DNA of 64,000 nucleotides from Pocillopora damicornis (Eukaryota): NCBI RefSeq assembly GCF_003704095.1, contig NW_020846761.1, positions 186,001 to 250,000 of the forward strand, read 5' to 3'. Shown piece by piece: positions 1 to 12,526 of this stretch (position 1 is its first letter; each line of letters starts with the position of its first letter). The notes under the pieces were generated by a model. It saw only the letters and a program-made list of their open reading frames with translations, ran no database searches and was not told where the DNA came from. The position numbers and the translations under genes were made by a program.

Positions 1-499
1 TAATCTTCTGCCTCTAAGCACGCCCTTTGGTGGAAAAGATCGATGTTTGAATCCCCTATTTTCATGATTCCGTTTGGATAACATTTTAAAGAGATTGCCT
101 TTCTGGTCCCTCACGAGGCAGTTCTTTACAGTTTCATCGTCCTTCTCCTTCGCTTTCCACTTGTAATTCCCGTCTCCGCTATTACTCAAGAAATGCAGTG
201 CCAAACTGACTTGTTGTAAAAAAATTGAGATACTTAGAAATCCCTGATTGGTAAAAAGCCTATCGTTTGCTGCACCGGTAAAGCCATAGAAAATTGAAAC
301 ACTGTAATTTGTTTTTAAGTTTATCTAGTAAAAGCAATAGACCGACTTTCTATCAGTGCGATAGAAAGTGCGGTTTCTTAATTAAATTATCGAAGGTTGT
401 ATCTTGTATTGAGTTAATTGATTATTATTTTGTTTTCTTCAAGCTCGACAACAAGGACGCTTTTCTCATTCACATTCCAGTGGGTTGATAAAAGCTGCT

Positions 500-1219
500 A
501 TGATGAAAGTTTCGCTGCTCGTCCTGAGTGTTCTTGTAGTGATACTTTTCTTGCACACCTTACACTACAGTGAGGCGTCCGAAATCTCTCAAGTACTCGA
601 CAGAGAAATTGGAGAATTAAGAGATGCTATTGAAAAGAGACGAAAGCGTAAGCCCTGTGGATTTACCTGGAACTTGAAGAAGTGTAAAAGCCGTGGAAAG
701 CGGAGTTATTGGGACAAGAGGGTGAGATAATTAGAGAACGCGACAATTTTAACTTCGAGTTGCTGCTTTAATCTTTCACTGGTTCGCCGCCCTTTTTTGC
801 GAGAAATATAAAACAACAAGAGAAGAAAACTCTTAACAGAATTTTCATGTGATATTTTCTTTACTGTTTAGGAATTTATGAATAATCAAATCAAAGACAA
901 TTTTTTTACACCATTCTGCAAATCGGCTCGCAAAAATGAAACTCCAACTTCCGAGATGAAAATAAAGCTTGTTACCTTTTCTCTTCCAATCACTTAAAAA
1001 TTGTGAATTCAACTTCATCAATTTAGGCCAGGTGAAACTCAGCAAGGAAAGGGTGAATGATACAACCTTAATTCTTTTATAGAGTGGAATAGCTCAGCAA
1101 TCAAACTTGTGAATTAATTATTTTTATAGAATGGAATAGCTCAGCAATCAACATCATTCAGCTCATTTGTGCCCGATGATATGGATGCCTTGTTTAACGA
1201 CTGGATAACTGAAGAGTAA
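500..1219 (+). CDS. Secreted prepropeptide A (neuropeptide/toxin/AMP-like precursor); coding exons 500-721 and 1130-1219, 103 aa
   Basis: Acceptor ttttctcattcacattccag ends at 480; ATG at 500. Hydrophobic signal peptide MMKVSLLVLSVLVVILFLHTLHYSEA, acidic propeptide, KRRKR site, KPCGFTWNLKKCKSR-GKR (amidation signal), SYWD-KR. Donor AGG|gtgaga at 721/722 (phase 0). Acceptor tttttatag at 1129 opens in-frame NGIAQQSTSFSSFVPDDMDALFNDWITEE-TAA. Unspliced read-through would end at 730. Confidence 0.8.
1075..1151 (+). repeat. ~30-bp direct repeat duplicating the splice acceptor of peptide gene A exon
   Basis: ttttatagagtggaatagctcagcaatcaa (1075-1104) and ttttatagaatggaatagctcagcaatcaa (1122-1151), one mismatch. 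Confidence 0.9.
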
Positions 1220-4200
1220 TGCGTCATGATATACCTTCACAACATTAGAAATATTCATTTAGAGCGAAATGTAGTTGTAGTAAATTGAAGCAATCATCTT
1301 GATCACATTATTTGGCATGGTGTAGGTAACCACGCCCAGTTAAAAATTGTGAACTGAATCGTGCAATGTATAAAGAAATTAGCCCTCATCACTTTTCCAT
1401 GCAATGTTTCGTAAATGTATAGGAAAAGGACATTATCATGATTCTTTCAATTATAATTTTTTCAATTATTTTATTTTATTATTGGTATATCAACTATTGT
1501 AGACCAATGATAGAACAGGAATAAAATAATGATAGAGAAAATACACGAAAGTTCCTTGTTACTTTTCGCGTTTCTATTTCGGCCAAATTCACAAATGAAT
1601 TGCAAGATTAATTTATTCGAGATAAATCTTGCTCCTTTTTTGCATTGTCGGCATATTCCTACTACGCAAGGGATGTCCAACATTGGATGCGTGCAATTGG
1701 TCTTTTCAGAAACTTGGACTAAAAATTTGGACCAGTCGAAAGCCGAAATATCAAACGTCACATCATCTCTCTAAATTTGAATCCAGAGAAGAATTGCAGC
1801 CCATCAAAATAACGGTATTGTGATCAAAACTGGAATTTTTTTTTCAAGAGTCAATTTCGTCATGAAATGTCGCAAACTGCTTTCCTTATTTTGTAAAATT
1901 GATATCCTGCCTCGGGGAGATAACATAGAGTATTATCTATTGTAGAATTTTTTTTTTGTTTCTACAGGGAACACGTTCAGCATTTGCGGTGAGTGTCAAT
2001 CACAAAATGACCTTTGTATTGACTTTTTTCGATCAAAAAAATCGCGATCAATTGTCAAGTCGTTTGAAACTAAATTCTACCCTCGAATGTCGATATTTGA
2101 CATTGCCTACAATTTGACAGACACAAATTTCAACGGAAAGCCGCATGAATGACACAATGATGAGGCTTCCTCTTCAAACCGGGTGATAATTAAAAATCTA
2201 CTCTTGGCGGTCAATGCAAACGGAGATTAAAATTCATGTCGAAAGTCTACGTTTGGCAATATGGATTCGTCCTCCAGAAACTTAGCAGAAAGCGTTACAT
2301 CGATACAAACCCTGATGTCCACAGAACATTACCTCTGCATTGAATCTCTTGCAACGATAGTTTGGACAAGACAAATTAAAAAAATGGAAAAAAATTGACG
2401 CCAGAGTTGTCCTTCAATGAGGTGGTCATATTTTTATCATAATACTCAAATAACCACACAAATTTAAATTAGTAATGAAATATTGTTGCATGGTTTCATT
2501 AGGGCCAGAGCTTTTCCATAGAGAAAATCTTCTACATCAGAGAAGTCAAATATTTCATCAGGATACGGCTTCTTTGTCACAAAGACAATTGATATCCTGC
2601 AGTTTACACTTCCACCGTAAAACAAACTATCATTTATTATTTATCACTAAGAAGAGGCTTGACATAGGTTCTTGAAGTTTGCTTAGAGTCGTATTCTTAT
2701 CATTTTAATACTCACGAGGGAAAATGAAGAAGTTAAGCACAAAATTTAATTATTTAAGACAAAAAACCAAGCCTCGTTTTCACATTTATAAATCGTCGTA
2801 AAAACCGAATGGCTTTCGAATTTATAAACCAATCAGAACTATCTGAGGTGCCTACGAGCGTGACGACGTCCTAAAATGATTGAAACAGTCGTCAGCGTTT
2901 CGCTCTGTGGAAAATATAGGTATTCTTACCCTATTAATTTCAAACAAGCTTCATTCTCAACCTATTCGACAATATAATCAGTATTTATGTTCCTCTTCAG
3001 AAACGATGAAATGTTATCCTAAAACTCCCGCACAATTTGAATGCGATTCTTCTAGAATTTTGATTGCTTAAGAACTATCAAGCTGGATAGGCTAACAACA
3101 ATCCTATATAATGCAAGTAAGTCATAATTGTTCATGTGCGCGCCGCTTTGCTGTTTATATGTGTTTATACTTCCTCGCTCTCAGAAGATAACTTCGTTAA
3201 CGCCTATAAACCTTGCATCGAAAATTGAAAAAAAAAATTTTGATTAAAAATAAAAAAGCAGAGAACATTTTTTTACAATAATTTTCATCAATTGAAAGCT
3301 GAACATGATATATGCAGGAAACACATCCGATCATAACATATGGAGGAATACATCCAGTCATAAGTTTGTTAAGAGGATAACTGATGCTCTTGTGCGAAGA
3401 AGCTGCAGAAGTCTTTACAATGACAGAGACATAAAGCTGTTAAGTACTTGTTCAGGAAGGGTGGTCGTCTTGTAAGTACAGTATGGTATCGCTACTTTTA
3501 AAAAATCTAAAAAGATGCGCGAATGCGATTATTTAGATTTTTCATACTCGCAGACGACATCCAACAACGCTTTCAAGCTATAGAAAGTCTTTGGAAAATG
3601 CGTCACGAACTTAATTTATCTCCATCTAAATTAACAGAAGGAGATCGTTGTTAAGGGATTAAACATAACTAGTGTTTTCTTAAACTATAACAATGAAAAC
3701 AAAGAATATGGGAAAAAGAATGAAAAAAGAAAACACAGACGTACGGTACATTAAAAAAGCTCTAAGAAATGTTTCCAAAAACATCGTTTAAACCTTTTCA
3801 AGCTATTTCTGAGGCATATAGGACATTTTTCTAAAACAAACGTAACGTACTTAATGAATTCTTGTTAGGTAATTTGACAATAACAGTCAATTCAAAAGCT
3901 TATTAGTCTCGTATCGCTAAAGGACCCTCAGGCCATAATACATGTAACAATCGTTGTGTTTTGAAAAGTTTTTTTCTCTTTAGCAAATGGTTATTAGTAA
4001 AGAAAATAATGGTTTGAGTCCTTTCCCACGCAAAAAAAAAAAGAAACAGCTATAAACGCTTCGCACTTTTACTAGAATATTGGATCAAGGGATTTCAGTC
4101 AAATTACATCACCATATCTTCGATGTGGCTCTGATTGATTTTCGTGCAAAAGACCGTAATATAGGCAGAGTTAGAAGTTATGAACTGTTTTTGTTATATA

Positions 4201-5490
4201 AATTGAAAATTAACATCAAAATTTACCTTATTGCTTGATTTCTAACCATGTAACAAAATCAATAAATCACTCATCATTCCGAATATATTTTTGAGCACTT
4301 TTCCATCAGAAATTGAACTCTTCGTGAAAGTAAGATATGGTGTACCAGTTTTTTGTTAACACAAAAGTTGCGACAAATAAATAAAAGATTATCGTCTGGC
4401 GCAGGATCTAAAATAAGGAATTTATTCAGTTTTCCAGATTTCTCTTTGAATTGTGCACGACATATCTCTTGAAAGCTTCTTTGTCGGGAAGTGTCAAATG
4501 CAATTGTAAAAAGACAAACTCAGAGAAACTTTAATTGAGAAGACATATATATATATAGCGTGGGCTAACGACAAACCCAAGTGAAGATTTAGAGGAAAAG
4601 AACTTTACTTTAAGCAAACACTGTTAAATTGGGTTTTAATATCTTCTATTAGAGCACGACACATGCTTTTCAATTGCTAAAAGCTGTTTCATTTTTCAAA
4701 CGGAAGACGCCGGAACTTAAAGAACTGGCAGATAGTTTAATGATTATTTCCTAGTCTTCAAGTTATTGCTGCAAGTATTCTCTCCTTGTTTATTACTTTT
4801 GTTGTAGTTCAAAATTTAAACAAAAATTCATGGCGTCTGGTGCATAAAAAAAAGATATTATCATCATGGGCTCTGTAATCCTTTTTCTGTAGCAAATTCA
4901 ACCCAAAGAACACCTTTCGTAAAAACGACTTCTACTTCAAAGAAAACTGAGTAGTTTTTGCAACTTAAATCGTAATATTCTCGTGTAGAGGGACGTCTGA
5001 AAGAAAAATATTACATCCAGGTTATGTAGTAAATTTTGATCGATGAAGAATGAGAAGAGTGCAGGTGATGAAAGTAACTTTTATAGGTTACCCGCGAGAT
5101 AACGTTTGGAAATCACGATAAACTGTGATTCCAATCATAGAATAGGGGACTGATGCGGAAAATCCTTCGGAAGAATTAATTTGAAGTTAAGATTACGAAA
5201 ATGTCAGTTTATAGTTTGTCATAGGATTGCGAAACTACCAGGTTCATGGTTTGTCTTTCTAAAGAAGTCCATTAAGCAACAAGCAATAATAGTAATTCAT
5301 TCCGGAATAGCAAGTTTCTTCTTTTTAATTGCCACTTTGGACAAGGCCAACGTTAACGAGTCCATAGCTGTCATAATGTTTAAACAGAGCGACGCCAAAA
5401 GGAAATGGAAGAACAAAAGTTATTCCAAGTGTAGTGAATTAAGGAGTTTTCGGCGGAAATTGGATGGGTGGGAGCTCATTGTAAACACTC

Positions 5491-5602
5491 TATAAATGCG
5501 AAGACTTCATAAGCAGATATACACAACCAAGAACCTCCTACTTTACGTAGAAGACATCATTTCTATCGTGTGCACTAGTAAAGCACACGCTCTGTTCAAA
5601 AG
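5491..5602 (+). promoter_or_regulatory. TATA box and non-coding first exon of peptide gene B
   Basis: TATAAA at 5491-5496; strong donor AAG|gtaagc at 5602/5603; matching acceptor ttttttctattaaaacag ending at 6665, 22 nt before the ATG at 6688. Confidence 0.65.
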
Positions 5603-5775
5603 GTAAGCCTAAAACGCGACATTTTAATATTTTTGCATGGAAAGGTTGTTTCTAATGAGAAATTTCATTTCATTTTGCCTCTTAAGATAACTCGAAACAC
5701 GAATATGTATATTTGTCTCGGTCAGTGATAATTTTTCTCGACGAAAATTTGTTTGGATACTCTGAAAGAGCGAAG

Positions 5776-5848
5776 CTATATATGCATATATATGATATGT
5801 ATATGATATATATATGTATATATATATATATATATATATTGTATATAT
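5776..5848. repeat. Imperfect (TA)n microsatellite in intron 1 of peptide gene B
   Basis: Visible TA run with occasional TG interruptions. Confidence 0.9.
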
Positions 5849-6687
5849 GTTGAGGTTTTTATCACCAAAATTAACAAGCGCCGAACGAAAGCAACGGTAA
5901 CTTTAAAATTGTCAGGGATAATAATAAATTTAAATAAACTGTATTTTCTTAAATTTGGATTTATTCATTTAAATTTTCAAAGCTTCATTAATGCAAACAA
6001 CTGCATCTCACCTCGTTACTTTAACACTCAGTAAATGAATTTAAAGGTAACTTATTAAAAGTACCTTGAGTATTCTCGTAGCTTCTCGTTAGTAATAAGT
6101 TATAGCTGTAAAACTTCATTTTTCTCTCCTATTCTCAATTTTTTTTTCTATCTTATTTATTTCTTGTTTTTTTTTTATGATTATATTTAAGCCAAAACAA
6201 ATGTTTAGGATTATTTGAGTCATTAATTAAGCATGAACTCAATTTTCTGTCTTCATTACCAAAAAAGTGGCTTCGACGAAATAGGTGAGTATTTCAAATT
6301 TTCTAGGTTTTTTGTGAACCTTCTATGATACAACCATGAAATACAGGTGTTGGATGTTATTTGAAAACTTTTTAATGAGAGGATTTGAAGAACATCTAAT
6401 CCCCTCATGTACGTTGTACTGATTCCATTTACTTGCTCTCGTTTCTATCAGCTTCGCACTTCTTTACAAATAGTCAACGTTAGTAATGAATAAATGTGAT
6501 AACAAGTGTGGTGAAAAGATGTTATATTTTATCAAAGAGAACTTATAGATAGCAATTATAGATAGTTACTCGATCAGAGAGGGTAACATAATCTGACATG
6601 CAAAAAAGTGAATACGATGGAACTGTACCTAATGGCTTTTCAAAAACTTTTTTCTATTAAAACAGGAAGCAAGAGCTTATCAACAAA

Positions 6688-7686
6688 ATGCAACTTTTAC
6701 ATGCATTATTACTCACAGTCGTCGTTCTTTCCATCTTCATCCATGATGTCGCAGCGTCTTCAGATCTATCAAGTACTGACGACTTCCCTACAATGGACCT
6801 CAGATCTTTAGCAGCTAAGCGATTCATGCAACTCAAACGGGGCAATAATCTTTGTGGCATGTCGTATTACGGCTGCAGAAAAAATGGGGTGAGAAGCAAA
6901 GACATATGCTAATTGTTTATGAAATAATACTCCATTGAATTGTTTGATACTTAGGCTTGACTGGCACTGTCCTGAACTACAGAAGAGCCTGGGTCTTATA
7001 TAAAGTCAAGGTTTCGACAACTTTTTCCTTCGGCGGCCGCCGATGGTGTGAAATTCGGCTGTGCTTAGAAAAGGGCCGCAAGGCCCGAGAGCCTGCTCGC
7101 ATGCTGAACAAACGGCGGTGAAAGTCTTCTAGGCGGCGGTAGAGTGTCGGTCATTGGATCTTGGTGAGACCCCTGAAAGAGATCTGAGTTATTGGCACTT
7201 GTGCTTAACTGCGGTGCTGAATTAACCAAGCATGTTTTGAATGAAACCACACGAATCCGAAGGTCTGAATTCCCAGCAGCACCTTCGGCCTTACTCGCAT
7301 ACTTGGTGGTCGAAATCCATGTATATGACAATTCTTATCTTGTCATAACTGGGTAAAACCTTGTATAGGGAATATACGATACCATGACAAAACGTCCAAA
7401 AAAATCTGCTAACCTTGAACAAGCAAGATTTTCGGAAACAGTGCTGCGAATCGTATTACGTAGGTGAAATGTGAGGTGGAGGTGAGGGGAGGGGGGGAGG
7501 GTGAAAGAGAGAGAGAGGGGGGCGAAAGAAGACAAGAAAGTCTGGTATTTTGTAGCAACGATCTTATATGATATATCTATAATTTCTTTCCTATGTTTAA
7601 AACAGAAACGCAGAAAAAAGTCATGGATGCCTCCACTTCGCAACATGCGCGATCATGAAGATCGTACCTTCGCGCAGAGACGTTGA
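6688..7686 (+). CDS. Secreted prepropeptide B; coding exons 6688-6888 and 7606-7686, 93 aa
   Basis: Signal peptide MQLLHALLLTVVVLSIFIHDVAA, acidic pro-region, KR-FMQL-KR, then GNNLCGMSYYGCRKNG. Donor GGG|gtgaga at 6888/6889 (phase 0). Acceptor tttctttcctatgtttaaaacag ending at 7605 gives KRRKKSWMPPLRNMRDHEDRTFAQRR-TGA, so the G-KR amidation signal forms across the junction. AATAAA at 7754-7759. Confidence 0.82.
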
Positions 7687-9885
7687 TAGCGAAGAACGGC
7701 AAACAACTGGGATCAAAATTGATCGCTCACCTTCAAACACTCACGAAAATATGAATAAAACTATCTATATTTAATATTCTTGAGTTAAGGCTTATAGTTA
7801 ATAACTTGTTATTTTTAAAAGCATTAAAATATTTAGAAATCAATATTAGTAGCTCAGCGTGTGTTGAATATATTCAAGAGGTGATGTGAATATTCCTCCT
7901 TTTTAGAGGAAGAAAGTATTTGTTTTTTCGAGATGAAAACAGCCGCATATAGGATTGTTCATATTCAGAAGTAACCACTAAAATGACTCGGAACTCGAGG
8001 GTATTAAACTTCATAGATATCTTAAGCACTGATGGGAATAACCTTGAAGATAACGTAGTTGTAAAAAGTTGATTGTATCAACACCATGCAACGGAATTGA
8101 AATCCTGCTTTACATATGTTCCCTAAACAACTCTACTTCCAGCCACAATTACAAATGTAGGGTCTTTTAAAAACTCCTCCCAGCATCAACGGTAGTCAGA
8201 TATCATGATGGTCGATCAGATCGTTCATCTCTCATTTGGTCTTAACAACGATATTTTTAATTTTCTTAATTGAAAAGAGGGTTGTATCTTTGATATTCGC
8301 ATTAAATTCGAGTAATGAGTCAAATAGAGTAATGTGAAACAAAAACTGCCATTAACTTCAAGGTTCCCAAGCATTTCAGCCATCGCTTTTAATCAAAGCT
8401 CGGAACGCACGGCACCATGATCCTTTTTGTTCAAATACTCCTGAAAAGAGATTTTCAAAGATGCATATCGATTTCATGTCAACAGCATCCATCGAAGAGG
8501 GCAAAGTGAATATGTTACGGAATTTTACAGATGAAATTTCTAATTCGATTTCCTTGTAAATAAACTTGAAGTAACGACAGCTGTGATCACTTAGTGGAAG
8601 TAGCCCTACACTTTCTGAAATTTAACATCTATAACGAGATTGCGAATGCATGCATTTTTATTTTAAATAAGACCTCGCTAAATGCATTTGCCTTGACAGA
8701 TTCTTGATTTCTCACGCCCTCTTTTAATCGGAAATACGAAAACGTCAACAAATTTTCATTAAAAAAAAGAATATGCAGCACGAATGCATGGGCGTTTTCA
8801 AAGACGTAACCGAATTTTCTGAGTTTGGGCAGCAAAATTCGACTCCCATTTGCCGAAGAAAAAACGCTGAGAATCTTGTATCCCGCCTTACACGGAATGC
8901 CTCGATTTTGTTGCTAGAAGGATCAACATCTGCGTGGTTCTTCAGTGCGATTGAATCTTTATTCAGGGCTGAAAATCTCTAACATACTTATTTAATTGTT
9001 TTCTACAAGTCAGGGATGACAGTAGGAAAGTGCAACATTTAAAATCACCACTGTAACATACATTTAGCTAGAAGAAAAGTGTAATAAAATTCTTTAGCGC
9101 ATGCATCCTTCATATTCCTTAATTCGAGCGTTAGTTGTGCGTTTATCCAGACACGATAAATTAAATAAGGTATCTCTCGTTTTCTATAAACTTCTTACAT
9201 GTTTCTTATTTCGAAGAAAGAACGCTGAAGTTAGAACCAAGTGTTATAATAACTTCGAGCTAAAAAAAAAAGCTCTATATTCTCTTTTCATCAGGAAACT
9301 ATTACAATAATTATTTCTTTTAGGAAGATATATATTTCATAGTTTCCAGTCACAAAGAGAGGTATTTTTCCTTCACGTTTGATGACTTTGCGGAAAATTG
9401 GAGGACATAAAAAAGAAGCCAGTCTTTCACAATAAAAGAAGTGAGTGACTTTACACCATAAGAAAAGCTCTCCTTGCAGATCGCTTATTCCTGATTCAAC
9501 TCAATGGGTAGAAGTTCTGTTTGGATATGTTTGCAAAAGGATAAGTGATTACTAATGATCAAGACCAAGATAATTGAAGGGCTATCGAGAGAAACTGAAC
9601 TGCAAAAATGCGGTCAAAATATTTACGAAACTAAATAGCAAACAGAACCAAATTAATTTTGACGTTTTGAGAGCCTCTTTCTAGAAATACAATTGATTTT
9701 TACAGTGGCCCCTGTTGGGAGAATTGTAAAAGATGCACAATTTGACTGCAAATTACTAAATAATTTTCGCTTTTGACAGTATTTTTGTTTTTCAACTGAA
9801 CCGAAATAAAACGGTCAAGGGAGGCAGAGAAAAACATGAATTCTAAGGAAACAAAAATATATATGAGGTGAAATACAAGATCTCA

Positions 9886-9947
9886 NNNNNNNNNNNNNNN
9901 NNNNNNNNNNNNNNNNNNNNNNNNNNNNNNNNNNNNNNNNNNNNNNN
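9886..9947. other. Assembly gap (62 N)
   Basis: Run of N. Confidence 1.
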
Positions 9948-11297
9948 AAAAAATTGTTCAGTGTATAAAACATACAAACGAGGTATCCATGGTCTTCCTT
10001 AATGTTTGAAAAAAAAATTTCTTCTAATTTGCGGCACTGGTACTTTTTTGTTGAAAGGCAATTAAGCAGCGTAGAATAAGAAATGGAGAGTTTTCATGAT
10101 TTTTTGTCAATCTATCACCGAAGAGAGAACTAATTTCTCTAAAAACCATGCCACAATTAAATCGAAAATGAGAAAATGGAGGTACATATCACTTATTGTT
10201 TTGACTACACTGCATAAATTATGTGAAATGATTTTAAATTTCAATTTCTTCCCACTGTAAAGAGAGGAAATCATACTTGCAAACTGGTTTCTTAGTGTGA
10301 TGAAGGTAAAAAGGTCTTCCAGCTGTTAAGCTATGAAGTTGATTTTTCGGTTTGTGGTTAAAATCGTTTTACAAAATTACTTTTTCTAGATACAACCGAA
10401 GGATTTCACTAAAGACCTTTTTCAGCTGGGAGACGTTTTCACGTTTAATTTGAACATAGAATAGAAAAATTTTAAGAGACACTTTTTAGCTTTCTTTTTT
10501 CTTTTAGTACTCTAACGATATAACATGACGCTGATCAAACGCCTATGAAGACTTGTTAGCGATAGTTTTTGCGAGACGTCAATTTCTATTATTTCTGCGA
10601 ACAATGCGAAGGTTTAATAACAATGGGCTTTGCGAAACTCCTCATTAAAAAGTTTTTGAAATAAAAGTTACTTCGATCGCAGTATGTAAGAGTCCCTGGC
10701 GAAAATGGAATGGGAGGGTCCTTATTGTTCGAGTCTTTTTTTCGGAAGACGAAGAAAAGCTTATCAGTGAAGAGCACATTAAAAAAGCCGGAACACCACT
10801 GACAAAAAGGTCGAACCTCATGAGGACTAGGCAGACAACGACCGGCGTCTTACTTCACTACTGAGAGGTGAGTATAGTAAAAACTTCGTGTATAGGTCGA
10901 TATGCAGCATTGCGTCGTTAAAAAAAAGGGTCTCGAAAGACCTTTACAAAGCTAATGACATAAAGCAGTCTTATTGTCGTACTAGACAAAACAACTAAGC
11001 TATAGTCGCAAAATACGAATGAAAGAAAATGAAAAAGCTTCTAAGGAAAGAGAAAATAATAGAATCTGTTCTTTACGTCTTTGAGGAGAGTAAATTCGGT
11101 TAATATGGAAGGTTCTAAACGACAAATCCGTTGTGGGATGCGTGTCTTTGCGAATGCAGTGATGTACAGTTACGTAAAAAATTGACTGTTTATGATTCAG
11201 ATCAAGCCCCTTTTTTTATTTTTATAATTATTTTTTTTCAACTATCGGGGCCCTTTAAATTTCTCTCTCTTTGACGACTGGTTATTGTTTCAGTCAA

Positions 11298-11397
11298 NNN
11301 NNNNNNNNNNNNNNNNNNNNNNNNNNNNNNNNNNNNNNNNNNNNNNNNNNNNNNNNNNNNNNNNNNNNNNNNNNNNNNNNNNNNNNNNNNNNNNNNN
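11298..11397. other. Assembly gap (100 N, probably unknown size)
   Basis: Run of exactly 100 N. Confidence 1.
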
Positions 11398-12526
11398 ATG
11401 ATTGGCGGATCACAGCAATAAACGGCAGTTGAGTGCTCTCGCCACTAGCGCTATTTCTTCTCCTCTGATGTTACTACGGGATTATACTGTAACACGAGAC
11501 CCTCAAACGCCTCTTTACAATTCCCAAAAACACATTCCCCTGTCCTTTCATGAGCGTCAACTCTTGAAATCCCTCTCATTTGAAGCCTGACAAGTGAACA
11601 CTTATAGGACGGACTATCCCGTAAAAAGCCGGAACAGGGTGACCACCAATCCCAAGACAGAGGGAAGAATAAATAATTATGTAATCATGTTTTGCGCCCC
11701 TGTTACCGACCTCTTCATTCTTTGTAATGCAGCCATTACAAATAATTAATACAAGATGCATGTTTTTCTGTTGAACACAGTATAACAAAAGATCATGGTT
11801 GGAACAGTTGAACAAACAGCGTATTTACGGGGCTTACCCACCGTTCGGAGAAGAAGCAATCAAGTCCACGAACACGCGAAGAGGCAACTTATTACTAGAA
11901 CACTAAATATGGAAAAGTTAGGTCTTGTCACAAGACTGGTGTATCTAAAAACGCAGAAGTGAAGTAACCTATAATGCAATAAATAATTATTCTTACACTA
12001 AAGAAACGTCTCTTGTATGACTCAACCGCTCATCCTAAGTTATCTAACGTTTTCTCACGGTAGCAAGTCTCTTTATTTCGCATTTCCCGCCCAATGACAA
12101 TGGTAGTTGCATTCAAAACCAGCTTAAAAAAGTTATACTTGATAAAAAAGAGTCATACTCAATAAAACAACAATTTTAATTCTGTATTTTATCGACTATA
12201 GTTTCTCTTTGTCATTACCATAAACACTGAAGGGAATCGAACCGCTTTCACTGGTTAAAACAAATTGACGTTGGTATTTCACACTTTGTTCACCTAGAGT
12301 TTATGGGCATTTCATTTCTCTGTCAATCTCTAACGTATAGAGAAATTACGGGAAAACAACCCACCGAAAACGAACAACCACTTAACAATACAGTTTATCG
12401 CATCGGCGTCAGTTTCCGACAATTTTAAGAAAAAAGTTTTTTTTTCAATCTACCACTACACGGAAAATAAAATGCAATTCCATTTTTTTTTTCCTCAAGG
12501 AACAAACCCCGAGTAATATGAATTTG

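Noticed and set aside
485-730. 81-aa single-exon ORF as given in the track
   Set aside because: It starts at a TTG; the true start is ATG 500, and the terminal VR codons coincide with a splice donor leading to a plausible downstream exon.
500-7686. Identification of the peptides as damicornin or SCRiP
   Set aside because: Those have 6-8 cysteines in longer mature domains; these have two.
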